Source: a virus
Length of the DNA: 64,000 nt
Strand: one strand, 5' to 3'
Virus record (IMG/VR): IMGVR_UViG_3300049617_000144
Span: 6,562-70,561 of that record
Shown here: one piece after another, positions 56,954 through 64,000 of the stretch
Position numbering within the stretch: the first letter of the stretch is position 1
Layout of the letters: the number at the start of each line of letters is the position of its first letter
Notes under the pieces: generated by a model
Seen by the model: the letters and a program-made list of their open reading frames with translations, nothing else
What the model was told of the DNA's origin: nothing
Database searches by the model: none
Made by a program: the position numbers and the translations under genes

Positions 56954-57328
56954 TCATTCATTTTTACCACGCTGTTTGACGTGGAGGTAGAAAGTATAAG
57001 AATTCGGGATAGCTTGTTGGGTCTTGTTGTCTATTTGCTGTTTGTAAAGGACGTTGAGACGGGTATTACCTCCTTCGTAAGCAAGCAGTTCTTTAAGTCT
57101 TGATATTACACAATCGATAAAAGTGGCACTGCCAGTGATACGCAGTCCATCAAATGCAATCGTTGTTCCCTTGTGATTGCTAGGAATGATGCGTAATTGA
57201 GCAATGGGCAAGCCAGGAGCAAGACTATTCCAATGTTTAAGAGCATCCTCCTTGCTAGCTTTCCAGGGCTTATTCATTTGTGTACCCATATCAGGTTGGG
57301 CCTGCATCCATTCTTTGAAATTCATCAC
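56954..57328 (-). CDS. Hypothetical protein with capsid-targeting-like N-terminus
   Basis: MNFKEWMQ. Confidence 0.6.
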   Translation of the reverse strand: MMNFKEWMQAQPDMGTQMNKPWKASKEDALKHWNSLAPGLPIAQLRIIPSNHKGTTIAFDGLRITGSATFIDCVISRLKELLAYEGGNTRLNVLYKQQIDNKTQQAIPNSYTFYLHVKQRGKNE

Positions 57329-57651
57329 AAACTCCCATCATATGTGACTACCCAATAACAATCCGATCTATTGTCGCTCATTGTATGTAGGACAAGATGT
57401 GGAAAACGATGGTATCTTTTTGCCATCTTAAGAACACCCTCGATGCCATGCTTGCTCAATCTAATGTGATGACATATTCCAACCTTACTATAGAAATCTT
57501 CCTCGCTGGGAGATCTTGGTTTGTAAGTGAATATGATGGGTAATCTTGAAGGCATTTCATGAAATATTCTTTGAGAATCAGAACTGATTTTTATTAACAG
57601 TGATTCTCTTTCTGTAATCTCATTTGCCTTGTTAAGCCAGTAATTAATCAT
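57325..57651 (-). CDS. Hypothetical protein
   Basis: TAAATA upstream; 108 aa. Confidence 0.5.
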   Translation of the reverse strand: MINYWLNKANEITERESLLIKISSDSQRIFHEMPSRLPIIFTYKPRSPSEEDFYSKVGICHHIRLSKHGIEGVLKMAKRYHRFPHLVLHTMSDNRSDCYWVVTYDGSL

Positions 57652-57685
57652 ATAGTATTTATGTAAGTCGTTACTACTTTATATC

Positions 57686-57964
57686 ATGGAAATCAATTAT
57701 GCATTAGTAGCTGTTGTCATGGGCGACAGTGAATTAGATATACTTCATTTCTGCGGTTTCAAAAACATACCAAGCGTCAAAGATCGTATTAAGCTGCAAG
57801 AACGACTTCAATCAGACAGTAAATACAACATGACTGATAAAATGATCAGTGATTACCAATTACAAGAAGCGTCTCCAAGCCTAATTCAGTACTACAAGAA
57901 TCTTGACCAAAAAGATGAAGATTCTTATTACGTCGATGAAGAAGGGGCTGTAGTCAAAATGTGA
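57686..57964 (+). CDS. Hypothetical protein
   Basis: 92 aa ORF. Confidence 0.5.
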   Translation: MEINYALVAVVMGDSELDILHFCGFKNIPSVKDRIKLQERLQSDSKYNMTDKMISDYQLQEASPSLIQYYKNLDQKDEDSYYVDEEGAVVKM

Positions 57965-58049
57965 GCATTATGGCGACGTTATCGGGCTTATCCCCCAACC
58001 CATTTTCTGCAATGTTTGCTGGAATGTTGTTCCAAATTCGTCAATAAAT

Positions 58050-58077
58050 AAGCCCTCCTGGCTTCCAGGAGGGCTTA
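58050..58077 (-). terminator. Terminator after the release factor gene
   Basis: AAGCCCTCCTGG-aag-CCAGGAGGGCTT followed by a T-rich tract. Confidence 0.75.
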
Positions 58078-58082
58078 AATGA

Positions 58083-61000
58083 TTATTCGTAGAACTTGTT
58101 GAATTCACCTTTGTCCATGATAGAACTTGGGTTGTTCACTCGCACTTGATTGCGATGATCCTTGATGAAGGAATCAATGAAATTGTAAGTGCGAATCTTT
58201 TGACCTCGACCACCATCACCCAGAGTTTTCTTCCGATACTCGGAATATTCAGCATCGGCCTCTGATTGATATTTATCCCGAACTCTGGCCGTAATGATCT
58301 TCATAGCCTCCTTTTTGTTGGCATGTTGGATGAACTCAGCACAGGTATCGCTACCTGTACTGGTCTTCAAAACCGTACTTGAGAGTTTGCCCCTCATACG
58401 GCTCCTCGAATAGTTAGTCGTTTTCATCGACACTCCCCTCTGAGTTCGCAGCCGGTCCATGTTCGCTGTCGTGACAGTGACCATGTAGAGCCACCCGGTT
58501 CGACTTCTTGTTGTTAGCGTGGTTCCCGTCCTTGTGGTGAACCTCGATAACGTCGTCCGGCAAGAAACTTAGCCCACAGTTCGGACACCTACCACCCTGC
58601 CCCTTGATTAGCTTCGCCAACCAGAGGGTGATACCGGGATAGTAGCCTGTCCGAGCCGCCCAATAAGTCCAGTCACCGTCGAAGGGGCTTTTGTCGCCCT
58701 GAACCTTCACATGACGCTGGATATGCACCATGCTGTGTTTCAGGAGCGTCTTGACGCCCTCCTTTGGTCCGAACATCCAGAGTGGCATACGCCAGTACCT
58801 ACTGACGATCCACTTCATCGGCTTGTTCGGGTGTCTCCATCTCGCCCAAGTTCGGAGGCTGTGATACATCACGTCGTCTGCCTTTTGGAAAGACTTCGTG
58901 CTGACCACAGTACGGTAGTAGTTGCACCAGCCACGGATGATTGGATTCAGCCGTGCGATCAGAGCCTCCTGTGCGGCTCCCCGGTGCTGTCGGATGATCT
59001 CAGCGATCTCCCGACAGCGCAGCATTACCTTCTCCTTGCTCGGTCTGATGATGGTCTTGAAACCCAACAACTCCCCCTTCGTCGTCTTGCCACTGTGCGT
59101 CTTCCCCACAGGGAACTGCCGTACATGGAAGCCTAGAAAGTGGAACCCGGTCACGCCATCCATTTCGTTCATGGTATGAGCGATGCGGGTCTTGCTCGGT
59201 TTCAATTCCAAACCCATGCCCTTGAGCCATTCCGAAGCGACTTCCTTACACTTTTCCACCACATCCCGATCCCGGTGCATAACAACGAAGTCGTCTGCGT
59301 ACCGTACCACGGTTGGTGTCCAACAGATGTTTCTGTCTCCCGGCATGGTCTTCGGGACGGCGGCTTGCACCGCTACCTCCAGCCCATGCAGAGCGATGTT
59401 CGCCAGAAGGGGCGAGATGACCCCTCCCTGCGGCGTACCATCTTCTGTCGGAAAAAGTGTACCTCCATCGAGGACGCCAGCCTTTAGCCACGCACGGACG
59501 AGCCGTTCGATCTGCGGGATGGTGTCCAGCTTCTTCAACAATGCCTCATGGTTGATACGGTCGAAGCACTTGGCTATGTCGGCGTCGAGTACGAACTTCG
59601 GCATGTGCCTCACGCTCGTAAAGATCGCCGCAACCGCATCATGTGCAGAGCGTCCCGGTCGGAACCCGTAGCTGTTCGGCTCAAAAAGAGCCTCCCACTC
59701 AGGTTCAAGTGCCAGTTTGACCAGTGCTTGTAAGGCACGGTCTGCCATCACAGGTATGCCCAACGGTCGCTTCTCGTCCGTGCCGGGTTTGGGTATCCAG
59801 ACACGTCGCACAGGAAGCGGTCGTTGGTCGAGGCTCAGGTGTTCAACCAGTTCCAGACGTTCATGTGGTTCTAGGGATGCTACTCCGTCGATACCAGCAG
59901 TACGCTTTCCTCGATTGTCCTGAGTCACCTTGCGAACGGCAAGGCACTTAGCCGACCAAGAACTCATCAGAAGACGCTGTAACCTATGGACTAGGTTCTT
60001 GTCTCCCTTTTGGGATGCTCGGTAGATTCTCTGTTGAAGTGCGTGGACTTCCCGTTGGACCTTCGCCCACGGTATGTCCCGCCACTCCTGTACTCCAGTT
60101 TCCTGTGTACTCATGGTATCCTTCAACATCGACCCTACCTTCTAACTAATCGTGATCCTGTCAGCATATCCATCGGCTTTCCCGATGGCATTCGCTTCTG
60201 GATCAATCCTGCCTCTGAGTACCATACGCTTGACTGCTACTCCCGAAGGAGAGGTGTTTCAGAGGTTTCCTCGTTCCTGATAACCGTTTGACGCTGTGTT
60301 TAGGACGATACTCTTCGCCGGTGAGCAAGTGGGTAAAAACCACGCTTCGAGACAGAGCTAGGTCTGCTCACGTTGTCCATTTTGGACCCAGCCTGATAAA
60401 CTGCGTAGGCTGGTTAAACGTTACGACGATTATAGCGTATCTTCACTTTCGTTGTCCATGCACAGCTATGCTAGACGGGATTCCCGGTCAGTTTCCGAGT
60501 TACCGCCATTTCACCCATGCACCGCATAAATCACTTTGTCAGGGGTGATTCATGTGGGTGATGCTGTCAGGGGTTTACCTCCCCGGCAGGAATTGCACCT
60601 GCACGATTACCAAGTTGTCGGGATCATATAAGACCCAATCTTACATGATCCTGCGGGTGGTTTTCGAGTCGAAACTCGATTAGCACCCAACGAGTCGCAC
60701 ATCTCTGCCGTTTATGAATACGTTCAGGCCAGTCGGAATGTGCCTGATACGAACAGCACTGGCGGTCTTGTTCTGGTGCTGCCCGCCCTTACCGTGACCG
60801 CATTGCGTGATCACTTCAATCTCTTCTTCCTTGAGAGGCACCCAAACGTCTTCCTTGATCGGCAAGACTCCAACCGTGATCATGGACGTGTGCCGTCGTC
60901 CCTTGGTTTCTGTCGGCGGAACCCTTTGGCAACAATGCCCACCAGTTTCATTTTTGAAGTATCGCCAGACGTTTTGACCACGAATTTGAACGATGAAGTG

Positions 61001-61211
61001 ACCTTCACTAGAGTGAAGTAGCTCAGTCTCTAGCTTGAGAAAGGCAGCATACTTGAGATAGGCAGTAAGTAACTCCCGAACGAAGATCTTGCTGTCCGCT
61101 CCACCTTCTCCGAATCTGATTTCCAAAATGATTTCGTTGGCCTGGTCAAAGAGACCTCCACCTTTCGCTTAAGCCAACACGATCCTGTACCTTTTCTTTG
61201 TTGCGACTCAT
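58083..61211 (-). CDS. Class I peptide chain release factor (PxT, GGQ), ~251 aa: join(61211..61149, +1 frameshift, 61147..60701, 58328..58083)
   Basis: SD AAAGGA + ATG at 61211; 21 codons to CTT TGA C; LEIRFGEGG, E.G.H..QRVPPTE.KGR.HTS, GKGGQH.NKT.SAVR..H.PTG, after splicing GRD|QHANK..AM, RGQKIRTYNF. Confidence 0.88.
58329..60700 (-). mobile_element. Group II (IIB-like) intron inside the release factor gene
   Basis: 5' GTGCG at 60700; domain V GAGCCGTATGAG...AAGTACGGTT (~58370-58404); domain VI with candidate branch A at -8; removal restores the reading frame. Confidence 0.93.
58414..60129 (-). CDS. ltrA: Group II intron reverse transcriptase/maturase with HNH endonuclease
   Basis: RPLGIP..DRALQ, SYGFRPGRS, DI.KCFD, GTPQGGVISPLLAN, RYADD, X domain GWCNYY, C..C...HH...N...H..CH. 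Confidence 0.95.
   Translation of the reverse strand: MLKDTMSTQETGVQEWRDIPWAKVQREVHALQQRIYRASQKGDKNLVHRLQRLLMSSWSAKCLAVRKVTQDNRGKRTAGIDGVASLEPHERLELVEHLSLDQRPLPVRRVWIPKPGTDEKRPLGIPVMADRALQALVKLALEPEWEALFEPNSYGFRPGRSAHDAVAAIFTSVRHMPKFVLDADIAKCFDRINHEALLKKLDTIPQIERLVRAWLKAGVLDGGTLFPTEDGTPQGGVISPLLANIALHGLEVAVQAAVPKTMPGDRNICWTPTVVRYADDFVVMHRDRDVVEKCKEVASEWLKGMGLELKPSKTRIAHTMNEMDGVTGFHFLGFHVRQFPVGKTHSGKTTKGELLGFKTIIRPSKEKVMLRCREIAEIIRQHRGAAQEALIARLNPIIRGWCNYYRTVVSTKSFQKADDVMYHSLRTWARWRHPNKPMKWIVSRYWRMPLWMFGPKEGVKTLLKHSMVHIQRHVKVQGDKSPFDGDWTYWAARTGYYPGITLWLAKLIKGQGGRCPNCGLSFLPDDVIEVHHKDGNHANNKKSNRVALHGHCHDSEHGPAANSEGSVDEND
61145..61159 (-). promoter_or_regulatory. prfB-type +1 programmed ribosomal frameshift signal
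   Basis: GGAGG TCT CTT TGA C: internal SD, 3 nt spacer, CUU slippery codon, UGA stop with 3' C. Confidence 0.88.
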
Positions 61212-61372
61212 GGTATTGTTCCTTTCTGAAAAAAATCGAGTCAATCTATCTACTTTAACAAGCCTAATCTTTTTTGGCAATGTTAATTACTTAATGTTTT
61301 TTAATTGTTTGTAAAACAGATAAGTGATTGCAGCACAAGAAGTTGCGGCTAATCTTTTTCGATAATTTTAGT

Positions 61373-61603
61373 TTATAGGATATTACACCTAGACGTGGCG
61401 GTAGGGGTTACGTCGAAATCTTGTTTCTTGCCATTGCCGCACATGTAGCCGACACCGTTGGAATTGGGTGAGCCATAAGCAACTTCAAGCTTCAAGACCT
61501 TCTCGTCTTTCTTGTAGGTTCCAAAGTCTTGCAGAAATTGAACATTATGAAAGCCTAGATGGTCATGGGTTTCATATACAAATGGAAGAAAATTGTGTCT
61601 CAT
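61373..61603 (-). CDS. Hypothetical protein
   Basis: 76 aa ORF. Confidence 0.45.
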   Translation of the reverse strand: MRHNFLPFVYETHDHLGFHNVQFLQDFGTYKKDEKVLKLEVAYGSPNSNGVGYMCGNGKKQDFDVTPTATSRCNIL

Positions 61604-61704
61604 GTCTTTACATTAGTAATTGGTTTAATTTATTCCTATTGTTTTTCAATAATTAAACCGGGTGTATAGCTATTATGTTCGTTCATTTGTTTTAGGAGGT
61701 ATTT

Positions 61705-62082
61705 ATGGGTGCAACATCAGTAACAGGTGTTTCCGGTCTAGGTTCCGTTCAGGAACTTGGTGGTGGAAATAAGGGTAACGACCATCTTTCATTAGCCGTT
61801 CATCGTTTGATCGGTCCAAGGGTGGTTATGGCCGAAGCTGTCACGCTTACGGGCGGGACGGCGGTAGCTTATTATCCAACCTTGCCAGGTGTTATTGGTC
61901 AATACTCGATTCAATTGACTTGTAACTCCAGTAACGTCGCATGGTATAGTGGTTTCACAACGAGCCAGTGTGGCATTAATGGTAATGGCACAGATACAGT
62001 GTTCTGGTCAATTATCAAGAATGGTCTATGGGGTTCTGATGCAACCTCTTCAGGAGTAGGTGCAAATTTGGCTAACACCTAA
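61705..62082 (+). CDS. Gly/Ser/Thr-rich possible virion protein
   Basis: MGATSVTGVSGLG; SD AGGAGG; terminator downstream. Confidence 0.6.
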   Translation: MGATSVTGVSGLGSVQELGGGNKGNDHLSLAVHRLIGPRVVMAEAVTLTGGTAVAYYPTLPGVIGQYSIQLTCNSSNVAWYSGFTTSQCGINGNGTDTVFWSIIKNGLWGSDATSSGVGANLANT

Positions 62083-62103
62083 TCCTAGTAGTTCCTTTGT
62101 ACG

Positions 62104-62153
62104 AATGATCGGCTGGAAAGAATTGCAACGCCTTCCAGCCGATCATTTTTTTT
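62104..62153. terminator. Intrinsic terminator
   Basis: AATGATCGGCTGGAA...TTCCAGCCGATCATTTTTTT. Confidence 0.8.
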
Positions 62154-63204
62154 ATCCCTTAAGACTCAAGAAATAGTTAAGCCATATCGATTTTTTGGCT
62201 TGCCAGGTGTGATTGGTTAACACATCTTCTAAAGCATTTTCTCTCATCATCTTTCTCAAACTTTCATCTTCAATAAATTCATCAAGGGCGTCAAACCATC
62301 CTTGTTCGTCATCTGGGGCTATAAGCTTGCCGCAATCTTGTTCAATACCTTGGTAGGGCGGCAAGTCACTGCCAATAAAAGAGGCCCCCGCCAGCGTCAT
62401 TTCCAGGTATTTTATATTGCTTTTGCTGTAATTGAACAAACAATCAGCGATTGGGGCAATGCCGATGTCAGGCTTGATTGCCATCAATACTTCATGATAC
62501 ATCCTAATCGGCACTCCAGGGATGAAGAGAATGTTGCCTTCATATCTCGGCTTTAGATGTGCCACCTCTTGTCCAGGCATTCTAACAAATTCAGCTAGTT
62601 CCGTGGGAAGATAGCCAAAAAATACGAATTGAACTTTGTTGCCGTATTTCTCAATCAGGCGTACTACAGGATTTACTATTTGCGTGAGGTCGCCATCATG
62701 ACTACTGGACCCAGCCCAAAGAATTACGACCTGATCATCGTTTAATTTGTATGGAAATGCCTCTGATTTTTTATGAAATGCCACTGGGTCAATAAAATTA
62801 GGCAATACAGTAGTTTTGTCCTTTTTGTCAATTACATCCGCTAATGGCTGAGTGCTTGTAATGATCCCATCAACATAATCCATAGCCAGTGTAGTTGCGT
62901 TACGATCTACAAAGCTTAATTTGGTGATGGCGGGGTTCCACAAAGGCAAGTTCCACAAATCATCATCGGTCTGAAAGATTTGCTTCACGCCTGCATCTTT
63001 TAGTTTCATAAAGTGAGGCAAAAACGTATCTTGAATGACTCTTTGTAGAATGAAAACTTCAGCCGTTTCAACTTGTAATATGTCTTTACGGACCACCAGT
63101 TCAATGCCCGCTTTTGCTAATTCACGATAGCAATGCAATTGAGGCAACATGTTTCTGTAATAGGTACAACCTGATTCTTCTGGGGCGTGCATGAATATTT
63201 TCAT
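62152..63204 (-). CDS. GT-B glycosyltransferase (family 4-like)
   Basis: GC.YYR..P, LQR, DDDLW, LPN, WAGS.SH..D, DIGIAP....FN..KSNIK.LE, PY. Confidence 0.8.
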   Translation of the reverse strand: MKIFMHAPEESGCTYYRNMLPQLHCYRELAKAGIELVVRKDILQVETAEVFILQRVIQDTFLPHFMKLKDAGVKQIFQTDDDLWNLPLWNPAITKLSFVDRNATTLAMDYVDGIITSTQPLADVIDKKDKTTVLPNFIDPVAFHKKSEAFPYKLNDDQVVILWAGSSSHDGDLTQIVNPVVRLIEKYGNKVQFVFFGYLPTELAEFVRMPGQEVAHLKPRYEGNILFIPGVPIRMYHEVLMAIKPDIGIAPIADCLFNYSKSNIKYLEMTLAGASFIGSDLPPYQGIEQDCGKLIAPDDEQGWFDALDEFIEDESLRKMMRENALEDVLTNHTWQAKKSIWLNYFLSLKG

Positions 63205-63956
63205 TGGAGTTCCTTTAAGTATATTTCAAAATCTTTCTGACAATAAGCCTCGTAAGCATTATGGCCATGAGGAATGACATTATTAGCGAACGGACATGCT
63301 TCCAAAATGCGTGGCACCTTTAAGCCTTCGGCAAGTGCGAATGCAAACGATTGATTGCCTATAAAAAGGTCGGCGTTGGCTATGATGAGAGCCAGGTCGG
63401 CATAATCTTCAACTTCTTCATAATCAATGTCGAAAAACTTCTTGCAGAATGCTTCGTGTTCTTCAGTGAGACCAACAAAACTGCACGAAAGATTTTTGAG
63501 AATGCCGTAATTGAATGAAGGATTTTGGTAACGGCCAGTTCGAGAAACGACAATATGCCACGCTGGCTGGCTAAGAAGAGAAGATTTCAACCACGGCTCG
63601 GAGAGATTGCAGGATACCTTTACAACGGGAAAATACCAACGAGGAATGTGGTTCCTGGTCAGATCGGGAACGGCCTTACGAAATTGATTCAGATCGTAAT
63701 CTATCGGTTCATTCTCATGCCGTTTTACCAGGCCAATGTATGCTTGTTGTAAAAGGAGTGGAGAGAGCTTGGAAAGGTAATCTTCGTTGATGAGGACATT
63801 CTTGAGGGGATGGGCCGCACCGGGGTAGTAGAGCGTCTTGACATTACACTTGATGTACAGAGCAATCTTGTCTTGTTGACGCCTGGCAAGCTCTTTAAGA
63901 GATGGCAATGCGTAAATAATGTCACCGATGTTACCAAAGTGCAGGCAAGAAATCAT
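63201..63956 (-). CDS. GT9-like (heptosyltransferase-like) glycosyltransferase
   Basis: GNIGDIIYALP, PWL, FVG..EE, I..ADLFIGNQS...ALAEGL.VP. Confidence 0.7.
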   Translation of the reverse strand: MISCLHFGNIGDIIYALPSLKELARRQQDKIALYIKCNVKTLYYPGAAHPLKNVLINEDYLSKLSPLLLQQAYIGLVKRHENEPIDYDLNQFRKAVPDLTRNHIPRWYFPVVKVSCNLSEPWLKSSLLSQPAWHIVVSRTGRYQNPSFNYGILKNLSCSFVGLTEEHEAFCKKFFDIDYEEVEDYADLALIIANADLFIGNQSFAFALAEGLKVPRILEACPFANNVIPHGHNAYEAYCQKDFEIYLKELQ

Positions 63957-64000
63957 GCCTTACTCTAGTAACATCGGGACAAATTTGGTTCATGAAGTGG

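Noticed and set aside
58329-58484. N-terminal part of ORF 58083-58484 as real protein
   Set aside because: It is intron sequence (RT end, domains V-VI); only 58328-58083 is release-factor exon.
58414-60129. Retron, DGR or defence-type reverse transcriptase
   Set aside because: RT has X and HNH domains and is enclosed by group II intron termini and domain V; no TR/VR pair seen.
1-64000. Stop-codon reassignment suggested by a phage release factor
   Set aside because: Long genes read through intact in the standard code and end at TAA, TAG and TGA; the only internal TGA found is the programmed frameshift site.

Overview
This 64 kb window looks like part of a large T4-like (jumbo) bacteriophage genome that uses the standard genetic code. 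Core replication and recombination genes include UvsX/RecA, gp32-like SSB, UvsY-like, gp41/DnaB helicase, an intein-containing UvsW-like helicase, a Ski2/Hel308-like helicase and two PolA-superfamily-like proteins. Nucleotide metabolism genes are DHFR, ThyA, dNMP kinase, dCMP deaminase, NUDIX and a divergent PyrB. There are also RNA-repair enzymes, glycosylation enzymes, peptidases, a SET protein, tRNA-Ser(GCT) and many selfish elements (homing endonucleases, three IS607-type TnpB elements, a solo IS607 resolvase, a group II intron, an intein). The most striking system is a release-factor gene (58083-61211, minus). It has the RF1-type PxT motif but needs an RF2-style +1 frameshift at GGAGG-TCT-CTT-TGA-C and splicing of a group IIB intron to be expressed. 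Other highlights are a ~900 nt hairpin-dense non-coding transcript with an rRNA-like promoter, boxB/boxA leader and terminator (46411-47360), smaller candidate ncRNAs, and many enzymes with a T4 capsid-targeting-like N-terminus. All calls come from motif recognition by eye; no database search was run.
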